NCBI GenBank assembly: GCA_043228905.1
Contig: JBHGNT010000017.1
Coordinates: 8,060,001-8,124,000 of the forward strand
Direction of reading: 5' to 3'
From: Azolla caroliniana
Lineage: Eukaryota; Plantae; Polypodiophyta
Length of the DNA stretch: 64,000 nucleotides
Each line of letters starts with the position of its first letter. The stretch's first letter is position 1. Shown here one piece after another: positions 25,824 to 38,293 of the stretch. The position numbers and the translations under genes are program-made. A model generated the notes under the pieces. That model was not told where the DNA came from. It searched no databases and saw only the letters and a list, made by a program, of their open reading frames with translations.

Positions 25824-26774
25824 CTCATGGTCGACGAGAAGGCCGAATGTTCATCCTTGAGTTGAACGAGGTGAAGTCGGCCATGTTTGCAAAAGGCCTC
25901 AAAGTCGAAACTGACTTGAAACTGTGGCACAAGACAATTGGCCACATTAATCTCAAGAAGCTCCAAAACATGCAATCGAAAGGAGTTGTCATCGGACTCC
26001 CGAATTTTATAGAAAGAGAGAGCACTGGCATATGTGAGGCGTGCCCGTTCGGAAAACAATGCCAACTTTCATTCCTAACAGAGAGGAATGTGAGCAAAGG
26101 AGACTTGGACGTAGTCCACTCTAATGTTTGGGAACCGGCATAGACAACCACATTCGGTGGATGCCAATATTATGTCACGTTCATCGACGACTTCCCTAGG
26201 TACACCTGGATCTACCCTATATACAAAGAAGTGTTCGAACACTTCAAGATATTTAAGAGCGAAGAGTGAAGTGTTTGGGCAGTTCTAGATATTTAAGAAT
26301 GAAGTCGAAAAACCCACAAGTTGGCATGTCCAATGCCTTCGATCAGATGGGGGTAAAGAGGAGTACTTCTCAGCTAAATTCAAAGCTTATCTTCGGAAGT
26401 AAGGAATTTGACGAGAGTTCTCATGCCGGCACACATCTCAACAAAATGGAGTGGCCGAACGCAAGAATCAGCACATATTAGAGGTGGCAAGAGCAATGAT
26501 GAACGAGAAGAACTTGCCAAAGTCATCTTGGGAAGAAGCAACAAACATAGTCATTTACCTTATGAATGGGTGCATTACTTCAGGAGTGCACGACGTCACA
26601 CCCCACGAAACGTTATTCGGGAAGAAGCCAAACTTATCCCACATCAAGATATTAAGCTCAATCACCTATGTACATATTCCAGACGATAAGAGACAGAAGC
26701 TCAATCCCAAGTCGGAGAAATGTATCCTCGTAGGGTACTCCCTCGAACAAAAGGGGTACTAGTGTTATACCCAT
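25824..26774 (+). mobile_element. Copia C4, left segment (pre-integrase, integrase)
   Basis: GRMFIL, LWHKTIGH, QNGVAERKN, KCILVGYS; continues at 59352. Confidence 0.87.
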
Positions 26775-27826
26775 TGTTGAGATACAAGCTCAACATTGGG
26801 TGCGTAATACGGCGCGTAACCCAATGCGTAGACTCGACGCGTAAGTTAGTATGCACAACTTGGCCGTATCGATGTGTAAACCGAAAGGACGTTAGAGAGA
26901 TATTCCTCGAAAGGAATAATTTTGGGAGTAAGTGTCGCGGCTCATTTATGAGCGGTCAAGTACTTTCAGTACTTGTGTCAGCCCGATTGTCAGGGCTTGT
27001 ATATAAGGTGCTCACTGAGCATTATGTACAGAACAGAGAATTATTTTGAATTTGATCTATAGTCTCTCTATCTCTCCCTCTCCCTCTCCGTCTCTGTGTT
27101 TTCTATGTTTACTGAACTCTGTACTCTGCGTTTTACACACATGCTTCCGCACAACGTATTCTTTTACATGGTATTAGAGCGCGAGGGTTGAAGTCCTCTG
27201 CAGCCGACAAGGAAAGCTTGCGACAAAACAGAGTTGAAGTTGTTGTTCATTTTTGTTCGGAAAAGAAACAGACAATAATATGGATAGAGGTATGGGAAGC
27301 TCGCTACCGACCGAGAAGCTCGACAGGAGCAACTACGCATCTTGGTCGTACAAGATGCACCAGTACCTGCTTGGCCATGGCTACTGGAGTTATGTCGAAG
27401 GAGCTAATGTTGTAGCACCCGATTCGACACACAAAGATTTTTTGGCTTGGGAACCAGTGGCAAGCAAAGTTCTCTACTGCTTTGCATCTTGTGTGAGCTA
27501 CCAGCTATTGAGCTATATTCGGGATGCTAAGATGCCAAAGGACGCGTAGGCGAATCTCAAAAAGATCTTTGCCGCAAGCACTACAACCAGGAAGCTTCAA
27601 CTCAGGCAAGAGTTGAGCAATGTATGACAACAAGATATGTCGGTGGCTAACTACACCACCAAGATCAAAGAAATTTGCGACTCACTTGCCTCTGTCAATG
27701 TGAACGTCGGGGAGGACGAGATGGTGCAGGTCTGTCTTGGTGGGTTAGCGTCTAAGTTTGGAACTTTCCGAACGACGGTCTGTGCGAGGGAGAATACGCC
27801 TTCGTTTTTCAAGCTTCAGTCAATGT

Positions 27827-28762
27827 TGTTACCCGGTCGACAAAGGAGTTAAAGACCAGAATGTGAAATGGATTGTATATTCGGAATCTATATAATTAAG
27901 TAGTTTATGAGACGGGAACGGACGGACCAGAATCGGTATGCCGATCCGGATCCGAACCGGTTCCGAACAGGTGCCGGTTGGCACCGTTTTGTACTTAGCA
28001 CCGGAGACCTATATAAAGGCCCGGTTACAATGTAAAACTTTGACGGATAATTAATAGAGCTTCTTGTTTTATCTTTAAGTGTTGATTACCGTTCTGTGCT
28101 AATTGTTCTATCATACACGTGTATCAAGTCTAATGCCATATTGCTAAGTAACCAATTAAAGTCTGATTAATCATTGAGTCTTAAGTTATCTCGTCATAGC
28201 ACCCCTTTGATGAAGTGTCTTCCATAGACACCCTGTGTTAGGTCATTGTCCGGCTAGCCAGCATCATGCACCTAGAACTAGAGCAACGACGAAGGAAAGC
28301 ATTCATGGATCGTCACTGGAAAGGGAACAAAAAGATGTTCAAAATCGGTAAGTCGGTACTAGTATTCCAGACCCGGATGGGTAAGATGCTGGGGAAGCTA
28401 CCGTTTCGGTGGACCGGACCATACTAGATCACGTGTGAGTTCAACGGTTCCTACCAGTTAGGGACACTCGTCGGTGCGGTTCTGGGTAAATGGGTCAATG
28501 GGTTCCGACTCAAACCATACAATGGACCCATGCCAAGAAACCCATTTGAACAAGTAAAGGCCGACACAGAACCAGACACCGGTAAGTCGGAAGAGACGGC
28601 AACACATTTAACAATCGGCAAGCGTGAAGCCGGTAAGAGGGAGCACGAGCCGACAAACGGCAAGAACGACGCGACAGCAAGCAGTCCAGCGGCTGGCAAG
28701 TCCAACAATTCGGATAGGGGTCCGGTGGGACCGGACGCGAATTAACCAAACAGTTTTATAAA

Positions 28763-28802
<40 letters not shown>

Positions 28803-31800
28803 AAGTTAATCATGCAAGGGCAAGGTGTGAACGGACACATGCAAGAATGAGGAGTGAACAGGCACCTTGAATAGGTACGTAGTGGGCTATTAATAGGGTA
28901 TTAAACCGCCGCCACATGGCACACCATTCTATTCTAGTACACGACGTGCACACAGGCAGGTAAGAAAAAAGGCACCAACATGCAGCAAGAAAACCCCCAT
29001 CACATGGAGGTCTTCACATTTCGTGAACAGAGGAGCACAAACGCGCACAAGCGATTGAAGATCATCAGACGCGAGCCCACGCACGCAGAGCCTCCTCACA
29101 CACATCCCTCAATAGCGCTCACCGACCTCGAAGAAGCCATGGACTGCCAAGCACTCTCTGAAGCAGCCAAGAAGTGGTTAAGGCAACACGGGTTAGAAGG
29201 TTTCCTCACGATCATGGAGGCGCCACCGCACCGGGAGGCGGAGGAGATAGTAAAGGAAATCGACACAAAGCTGATCACGGAGGAGGCCATCCGTGCTTTG
29301 ATTGGCCTTCCGGAGGGGGGCATCTTCACTATCGACAACCCTACCCCGGAGCAGCTCCAAAAATATTTTGGCGAATACTCTCTAGCCAACAAGGCCTACA
29401 GGACACAGGGCGGTGAAGATACATTATTTCAAGAGATTGCCCGTGTGCTCCATGAATTTGGACATGTATACCCTCAACCCCCGTGCATGCCTCAGAACCG
29501 AGCCGGCTTAGTCATAGCAACGTATGAAGGCGTGAAGGTGGACTGGTTGGTACTGATTGCGAACGGCTTCTGTGCGGCCATCGACTCTGTAAGAGGCAAG
29601 GAGGGTCGGAAAATATGGATTGTAGTGGCGCAATGGCTCACCCTATTGGCGCCACCTATCGTGCCCGACAAGACCACGAAGCGGGGGAGAACGACCGAAG
29701 GCACCCCGAAAACGGCTTCGAAACGGCAGCAGCTGTGGCCTCTAAGGCACCCAAAGGGAAGGCGGTGAACACGGACAAGGCGGCAAAAGAGCGCGCCAAT
29801 AGGAAGCGGCAGGCGGAAACGCAAGAGGAGACACCGGCACGGCCAATCAAGATCATATTTCACCGACTGGTTCAACAAGAGCCAGACCCCTTGGCAGCAA
29901 AAGTCAACATCGGGACTCAGGAGGAGGAAGCGGAGGAGGAACCGTTAGAGCACGTCCAGCGGCGCCAGAAGGCAAGCACCGCAGAACAGGTCGGGGAGCG
30001 TTCGGACCCAAAGAAGGATGGCACGCCTCTACCCCGCACTGAGCATCTTGCACCAAGGGTGGAACCGGAACCGGTTCGGACAGAATTGGTCACAGAGCTC
30101 CCTGCACAACAAGCTATACCAGCGGGTCAAGATACGACAAGACCCAAAACTCAAGCGCCAGTAGTATAGTTGCCTCTCTCACCAGCAGGTCAAGAGCAAT
30201 CAGAGGCGGAGCGGCCAACGGAGGTGCAACCGGAACCAGAACGGCAAAGTGGTCACCAACTAGAGATAGAGTTGCAGCTCGACGCAACCAGACAAGACTG
30301 ACCACTGGCTAGCGGAACCAACGGCCAACCCTCCGTGGAGACGCAACAACAAGGCACGAGCAGCTAATGGCTCCGGTGGATTGGAGAACAGATTGCCAGA
30401 GTGGTGCACTACATAGAGGCGGAAGAGAAAGCGCAGATGGACCAGTTGCTAGTCACAACCGAAGAACTGGAGACGGCCCGATCGAGGATCCAGAGCCTAG
30501 AACAAGACTTGGACCTGGCCACAGAAGAATTGGCCAAAATGGCCTTAACCGGACCACAGATCCAAGCACCGATGACTCCGGTAGATGTACAGAATAAAGA
30601 CACACCAGCACCTGTACATAGTAATAAGACCCTGGAGACAGAACCAGTCCCGGAGACAGTGGCGGCGCAAGCGAAAGAGCTTGCCGAATTGAAAGAGGAA
30701 CTGGCCGCACAAGAAGCATTACACACCCGAGAAATGGAATTGAAGAAAGCAGCAGAAGAAGAACAAAGAAAGACTGCTGAGAACCTCCGTCGGGCAGAAG
30801 AGAATCTGTGGAAAGGACATCAGGCATATGACCGGCTTAAGGAGGAGAAAGAGAAAGTGTTGCAAGAAAAGGATAAGCTACGACGGATGGAACGGAGATT
30901 GAAAGACTTAAAGAAGAACTCCGTCAACAGAAAGATCGGGAAGACCGCGCTCGCCGGCAACTCAACCAGAAGCTGAAAATACATGCTAACAAAGGAGGAC
31001 TTCACCGCCGTAAGAGATGAGTTAGCATAAGACTTTGTAACTCTGGCGGAGGAATAGTTAGCAGTGGTCCGACAACTGGTAGCACAGCTGGACGATGATT
31101 GACTGGATGCTCAAATCCAGTTTGAAAGCTATGAGCGGACCAGGCTACGGCAAGAAGAAGCAAAGCAGGCGGCGACCGTCAACCTCAGCGATGAGGAGCC
31201 ATCGTCGAGGCAAGGACCGGACGGAGACAAGGCCTGGGCGAGTCAACCAGAGTCAAATCCGGCAGAGCAGCTGACAGAGGAATCACCGCCACAACCGCTG
31301 GTACCAGGAACCAAACAGACGCCATCGAAGGAGCAACAGTCGAAGGAGCCAGAACCAGAGCAATAGCAGCCACAGCCAGAACAACAACAACAACAGATTC
31401 CCAAAGAACCATTGGACACCCTGGAGCAGAGTATTCTAGATATCTTGGACGAAGACTAAGGGCCGGATAGTGGGATTCGACGTACAAGGTACTGTCCCAC
31501 GGGCGTGCCATGTGTTACCCGGCCGGCAAAGAAGTTAAAGACCAGAATGTGAAATGGATTGTATATTCAGAATCTATATAATTAAGTAGTTTATGAGACG
31601 TGAACGGACGGACCGGAATCGGTATGCCGATCCGGATCTGGACCGGTTCCGAACAGGTGCCAGTTGGCACCATTTTGTACTTAGCACCGGAGACCTATAT
31701 AAAGGCCCGGTTACAATGTAAAACTTTGACGGATAATTAATAGAGCTTCTTGTTTTATCTTTAAGTGTTGATTACCGTTCTGTGCTAATTGTTCTATCAT

Positions 31801-31954
31801 ACGCGTGTATCAAGTCTAATGCCATATTGCTAAGTAACCAATTAAAGTCTGATTAATCGTTGAGTCTTAAGTTATCTCGCCGCAACACCCCTTTGGTGAA
31901 GTGTCTTCCGTAGACACCCTGTGTTAGGCCATTGTCCGGCCCTAAGGAATAACA
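27827..31954 (+). mobile_element. Internally deleted non-chromovirus gypsy D with an extra 3' ORF
   Basis: LTRs 27827-28254 (truncated) and 31513-31954; TSD AATGT (27822-27826, 31955-31959); only the integrase C-terminus 28255-28745 remains of gag-pol. Confidence 0.92.
28980..31460 (+). pseudogene. Accessory ORF downstream of pol in D (possible plant-mobile-domain-like N-terminus, coiled-coil C-terminus), frameshifted
   Basis: Track ORFs 28980-29768, 29615-30169, 30401-30976; ITEEAIRALIGLP motif; E/K-rich heptads. Confidence 0.6.
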
Positions 31955-33476
31955 AATGTTGCTCATAGAAGAAAATCATGTGGGTGCATCGACGAGTGCG
32001 CACACCAATGCCAAGATGCTCTATACGGAGGATGATAGCCCCGTGGTCGTGGTGAACGAGGCGGATCGGCGTGCAATGGAGGCGGCTAAAAAGAGAAGAA
32101 TGGTCGGCATAATCGAAATGCCGGAAGCAATTCCGAACACCCCGGAAGTAGGGGGAGTCATGGCGGCGCTGGGAGCCGGCAAGAGAAGGCCGCGTCGGAT
32201 TGCTAGTACTGTGGCAAGAAAGGCCACAAGGAGAGCGAGTGCTGGAAAAAGAAGGCTGATTCGGAGAGGCGTCAAAAGTCACACTACGCAGAAGGCTCAG
32301 AAAGAGTCGGGAATGGAGCGGGCCCTGCCTTCGTAATGAAACATAAGGCCAACTTAATGGCCGTGAACTCCTCGATATCGACCGAGGTGTGGCATGTCAA
32401 TTCCGGAGCGTCAAATCATATGACGAGTCACAAGGAATGGTTCTCGTACTTGGAGAAGCCGGAAAAGAAAGTAATGGTCGAAATGGGAGACGTCGCTCCT
32501 CATACCATCGAACATGTCAGTGAAGTTCCCCTCAACCACGTCAGGTAGAAAGGGACGTTAATGAACGTGTTGCACGTCCCGACAATAACCAAGAACCTGG
32601 TGTCGGTTGGTCAGGTCGTCGACCAAGGTATGCAAGTTCGATTCACGCATCTCGGCTGCTTCATAGAAGAGGAAGGCAAAGTGATCGCGCAAGGGCGCCG
32701 TGAAGGGAGGATGTTTATCCTCGACACTAATCAAGCCGGAACCGCGTTGTACGCCAAAGGACAAAAGGTCAAATTGGATATTGACCTATGGCACAAGCGG
32801 TTTGGCCACGTAAATTTCCCACGGCTTCATGAAATGTAGACGAAGAACATCGTGTTCGGATTGCCGAAATTTCGGGGCTGTGATGCCCAAGCCTACGAAG
32901 CCTGTCAGATGGGAAAACAACACCGACTTCCATTCCCCAATGAGCGTAATCGTAGTCGAAGTCCGCTGGACTTGATCCATTCGGATGTGTGGGGACCAAC
33001 ACAAAACGTGAGTCTCGGGGGAAGCCGTTACTTTGTAACCTTCATCGACGACTTCACTCGGCACACGTGGGCATGCATGATTGAGAAGAAGAGCGAAGCC
33101 TTCACATATTTCCTGAAGGTGAAGTGTCAGGAATAGTACTAAAACAGAGATGGAATTAGTACTAAGAAGAGTAGTACTATTAGTACTAAGAGGACGGGAT
33201 TGCGTAAGATTCCCGAGAGAGAGAAAGTGAGAAGAGGAGAGAGAGAGGGAAATAGGATGATGACAGCAGCTCTTATATTATATGAAAGATAAGTACAAAT
33301 CGACTAAGAGGCTTAAGACTGGTGTTGAACCAATTTGGTTCAACATAATGCTTAGTGCCTTCTTTTATAGTGTTCTCAGGAATAATCCTGAAGCTTCTAG
33401 AATGTTCCAGAGAAATCTGGAATATACATTACTTTCTTATAATAAAACATAAATGAAAATAATATTCTATGAATTA

Positions 33477-33549
33477 CAATAGATGGTGAGATGGTTAAGA
33501 GCTCGACCCATATACCATAAGGTCATGGGTTCGAGTCTTGCCATCTCAT
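33477..33549 (+). promoter_or_regulatory. tRNA-like A-box/B-box cassette in Tcn1-like LTRs (also 38715-38787 and 42923-42995)
   Basis: TGGTGAGATGG or TAGTCTAATGG, then AGGTCATGGGTTCGAGTC, at tRNA spacing. Confidence 0.6.
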
Positions 33550-33564
33550 GACACTATTTCCCCC

Positions 33565-36500
33565 TTAAAGACGACGAGTGGAACGAGTCAGCGCTACTTG
33601 CGGACCGGGTTTGTCCGGATACTTTCGGTGGAAATCAGCAAGAAGATCTTGTGCATTGGCAACATTCTCGACGGGTTCCCAAGTACGTTCGCTCGGACTA
33701 TAACCGAGCCAATCGACCAAGTAATAGAGTTTGTTGCGAACAAGTTTGGAATCGAGGATGGCAGCAACTTCATACTCCGGGCCGGCGTCCAACTCCAGTG
33801 GGGGCGGCGGTGGTGTCACACGATCGGGAATGGTGTTTGCTTTATAAGGTTCAAGAAGAGAACAATGGAAAACCGGATGTTTCTGAAGCTGCGGAGGGAG
33901 ATCAAGGCGGAAGGTGACATCATTAATCTTCCCCGTAATACGGAAAGGACCGAGTCGTCGATAATCCAACTTGTCGCACGGTCGAGTAGTCTTGATGTGA
34001 CGACGCAAGAGCCATACTCGATCTCCGATGGCAAAAGAGGAGGGAATCCGATGACGATCCGCATAAGTCTTCTGTGTGTGTTGAGCATGACGAAGGTGAG
34101 TAGAGAGATCCATCTGGATCTTGCGTAGCCTCTCCAAATGATCCTCGGCACGAGGGTTGGTAGGTAGCTCCGGAGTGTCGATCACCGACCAGCGAGGATG
34201 GAAACCGGTATAAGCAAAAAATGGGGAGACCCGAGTCGAGGAGTGAATAGCATTATTATACGCAAACTCCGCAAAGTGGAGAATCTCGGCCCAATCGCCT
34301 ATTTGATAACTCAGGAAACACCAGAGATATTGCTCCAGCGTTTGGTTTGTTCGTTCCGCCTGTCCGTCGGTTTGAGGATGGTAGCCGGAGGAGAGGTTGC
34401 AGGAGACCTTGAGCATCTTGAAGAGATGCTGCCAAAATTTGGAGACAAATTGCGGGCCTCGGTCACTGATAATACTGTCTGGGAGGCCATGATGCCGAAA
34501 AACCTCACGCATAACAAGAGCGGCGGTTTCCTCGCTAGTGATGGCTTTAGTACATGGCACAAAATGTGCCATCTTCGTATATCGATCGACGACGGTTAGG
34601 ATAGCATCGAACCCTTTCGAGACCGGCAGATCTGTGATAAAATCAAGACAAATAGACTGCCATGGCTTACTTGGAATTGGTAAAGGTTCCAACAAGCCAT
34701 ATGGATGGTGTCGTGGCATCTTTGCTCGGCAGCAAGCATCACAGGTCCGAACGTAGTCGTCGACAAAACGGCGCATGTGGGGCCACCAAAAAGATCGCTG
34801 CACTAGCTCCAACGTCTTAGTACTACCGAAATGTCCCGCCGTATGGGTGTCGTGACAATGTTGGACAATTTGAAGGCGACAGGAGCAATCGGGGACATAT
34901 GTACGCGCTTTTTAAAGAATAACAAACCATCATGATATTCGAATTGTCGGTAGTCAATACCTGGTTGTTGAGACTGAGAACAGGATGCCCGAGAAGTATC
35001 AATGTGCGCCAGGATGTCTTGAGCAAAACTATCCGTCTTCAAGGTTGCACGTATGTCATCGGTAATCCGTGAATCCATCGGGGTGTGAAAAATCCGCGTC
35101 GTGTGCAATCGTGTTGGTCCCAAGATTACTTGCTTTTGATTATCAAATGTTGCTTCACCAGGACGAGGTGCAAGATATGAACGTCGTGATAGTGCATCTG
35201 CTTTTCCTTGCTGCTTCCCCGGTCGATATGTGATTTTGAAGTCGAAACGCGTGAGGAATTGCGCCCACCGAGCTTGCCGTCGATTTAGTACGCGAGCGTT
35301 CTGAAAATAAGCAAGATTTTTATGATCGCTGAAGACAATGACCTGATGTGGAGAGCCCTCTAAGAAATGCCGCCATTGTACAAATGAATCCACGATGGGT
35401 AATAACTCCTTGTCATGTATTTCGTAGTTGATTTCTGCGACATCGAATTTGCGCGAATGGAAAGCCACCGGATGCAACTCTTCTTTATCACCTTGTTGAG
35501 AAAGGATGCTACCGAGGGCGAAATCTGATGCGTCGGCCTCCATGATGAATGGTTTGCTTGTGTCCACATGAGCTAGAATCGGTGCTGATGTAAAGGCTTT
35601 CTTAAGATGCCGAAAAGCCATATCTGCTTCAATGGACCAAAGAAATGCTTGGCCCTTCTTCGTAAGTTGTGTGAGAGGTAAAATAATCTTCGAGTAATCC
35701 TGTATAAACTTACGGTAGAAGTTAGCAAAACCTAGAAAACATTGTACATCTCGTACCGACCATGGAATTTGCCACTCTAGTACAGTTTGGATCTTAGCTG
35801 GATCCATGGCGATGCCCTTTGAGGAGATGACGTAGCCTAGAAATTCCACTTGCTTGCAGTCAAAGCTACATTTTTCTAGCTTGGCATAAAGACCATTCTC
35901 GCGGAGTCGCTTTAGTACTAATAGTACATGAGAGTCGTGCTCTTCCTGGGTCTTCGAATAAATCAACAGATCATCCAGATAAATGATCAAACAGATATCC
36001 AAGAGGTCTCTGAATATATCATTTGCCATGTGTTGGAAGACTGCGGGTGCATTGGTTAGGCCAAACGGCATAACAGTATACTCAAAATGCCCATACCGCG
36101 TGCGAAAAGCGGTCTTCCACTCATCTCCTGGTCGGATCCGCACGAGATTATACGCTCCGCGTAGGTCGATTTTAGTAAAAAACTTGGCACCATTAACTCG
36201 CTCTAAAAGACTTGATATAAGAGGAAGTGCATACCTATTCCGGATGGTGACTTTATTTAATCCGCGGTAATCAACGACAAGACGAAGTGAGCCATCTTTC
36301 TTCTTGACAAAGAAGATGGGTGCACCGGCTGGAGATTTCGAATGACGGATGAACCCGCTTGCCAAGTTCTCCTCTATGTAGGCTCGAAGGACTTCTAACT
36401 CGGTGGGTGACAGGTTGTAAATTGGTCCCCATGGTGGCTCGGTTCCTGGTTGTAAATCGATGGGACAGTCATAGGGACGGTGATGAGGAAGGGTACCGGC

Positions 36501-37139
36501 TTTTACCTTGTCAAATACATCGGCATAAGGATGATATTTTGCCGGAAGTTGTACTGAGGAGTCCTTCTTAATACTGCTGGAAGGATGTACTGATATGAAA
36601 AATAGGAACATTGCCTCCTTGGGTCCTTCTTCGCGTAGTTGATGGAGTGAAATGGTCGAAACTCGGCGAGTTGATTCTTGGGGTGGTCGATATCGGACTT
36701 CTCTTGTTCTCCAATCTATGGCTGGATTATGTAACTCAAGCCAAGGTAATCCTAGGACAATGGGATGCTCTGGACTACTAATTATATTAAATGATATTAT
36801 ACACACAAAACTACCTAGGACAACTTGAATGGGTTCTGATTCTTCTACAATATTCCCGGAAGCAATGGGACGACCATCAATGACCACTACAGATGCGGGA
36901 CAAGGAAGTTTTCTTAAGGATATCTGAGAAGCTTGGGCAAAATTTCGATCCATGAAACAGGAATTAGCTCCGGAATCTAAAAGTGCTAGGACGGGTACTG
37001 GGGGAGTACTTTTAGTACTAACAATGACTTGGGCTAGGAACACATTGCTAACTTGCTTGGAAGGAATGGAACCACTAATGGGCTGTACAGATCTAGGGCT
37101 GCTGTCCAACCAAATGGCTCCTATTTTGGCTGGACTCAA
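33565..37139 (-). pseudogene. pol: pol of E1 (protease, RT, RNase H, integrase, chromodomain) with one frameshift near 34900
   Basis: LDSGA, YLDDLL, ADASD, HPQTDGQAE, YEVAAILDS..YLVDWLGY..TWEP; 2 extra nt relative to E2. Confidence 0.92.
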
Positions 37140-38293
37140 TCGTTTAACTCTTCATCTAATTGACTAAGGATTTCAAATTTATTTGAGATACTTGGGCTAT
37201 TAGTACTATGAATACTATCTGACACTCTATTAGTACTATTACTACTATCAGACACTCCGAAGGGAAGAATTGACTCAGGTTTAGTACAGGCGACAATTTG
37301 ATTTACCTGTCTTCTTGGCCTATGGGGACAATTGATGGCGATATGTCCTGGTCCACCGCAATAAAGGCATAATCGATTGGCACGTCGTCGTTGCTTTTCT
37401 TCCTCCGATAACGGGCCGCGTCGACGCATGGTATCGATCTCCATCGGTGTCGAAGTATTTGCTTGAGGTATGTCTCGTGCAAACGGTTTAGCCGCGACTG
37501 CGGCGTAAGTGGGCTCTGGCCTAGAGCGTGGTATCTGTAATTGACGTTCTGAACGCCGTTCAAAAAGGCGGTTGTCACATCGAACTGCTCGACTGATTGC
37601 CTCCGTAAGAGACTTTGGTTCTTCGGGGAAAGTTAGAAGTAGATCTTTGACATCGTTTCGCAAGCCATAGCGAAACTGCTCCATTAGTGCTTGATCATCC
37701 CAGGGTATATCTGAAGCAAGTAGGCGGAAATCCGCCGCGTAGGCAGAGGCTGGGCGATCGCCTTGACGCAATCGCCGGATCTTGTTGATCGCCGTCCTGA
37801 TGCTGTCGGTGTCTCCAAAGCAGGCTTTAAACTCACCAATAAAATCTTCAAAGTTATTAAGCAAGGGCGATTGTTTTTCTAGAAGCGGAGCGAACCATGC
37901 CAAGGCTGAGCCGCTAAGTAGCGTGCCTATTAGGCCGACTCGAGATGCATCAGTGGGATATCGGGTAGGATGCATCTGGATGACTAAGCGTACCTGATTA
38001 AGGAATCCCCGAAATTGCGAACGCGTTCCATCAAATTTCACAGGAAGTCCAATCTTGGGCTCTTTATGAAATCCTTGGGGACTGGATCCTTGTTGTTGCA
38101 ACGCTGCTTCGAGTTGTTGTACCCGTAACGCTAACTCCCCATGTTGTTGTTGCGTTTGTTGTTTTTCTAGAGCGATTTGTTGCAGATCCCCTATCAGCTG
38201 TTGGTTTTCTTGTTCCAAGGCAACAAACTTTTCTTTTAGGCACTGTAGCTCGGAGAAAACGGATTGGTATTCTTGGGCGCTAACAGTAGCCAT
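37136..38293 (-). CDS. gag: Gag of E1 (385 aa)
   Basis: Intact ORF; FDGTRSQFRGF, LRQG, CLYCGGPGHIAINC. Confidence 0.93.
   Translation of the reverse strand: MATVSAQEYQSVFSELQCLKEKFVALEQENQQLIGDLQQIALEKQQTQQQHGELALRVQQLEAALQQQGSSPQGFHKEPKIGLPVKFDGTRSQFRGFLNQVRLVIQMHPTRYPTDASRVGLIGTLLSGSALAWFAPLLEKQSPLLNNFEDFIGEFKACFGDTDSIRTAINKIRRLRQGDRPASAYAADFRLLASDIPWDDQALMEQFRYGLRNDVKDLLLTFPEEPKSLTEAISRAVRCDNRLFERRSERQLQIPRSRPEPTYAAVAAKPFARDIPQANTSTPMEIDTMRRRGPLSEEEKQRRRANRLCLYCGGPGHIAINCPHRPRRQVNQIVACTKPESILPFGVSDSSNSTNRVSDSIHSTNSPSISNKFEILSQLDEELND

Noticed and set aside
28765-28799. Poly(A) tail of a LINE or retrocopy
   Set aside because: No TSD; lies just after the integrase stop, and relative G has a short A-run at a similar position
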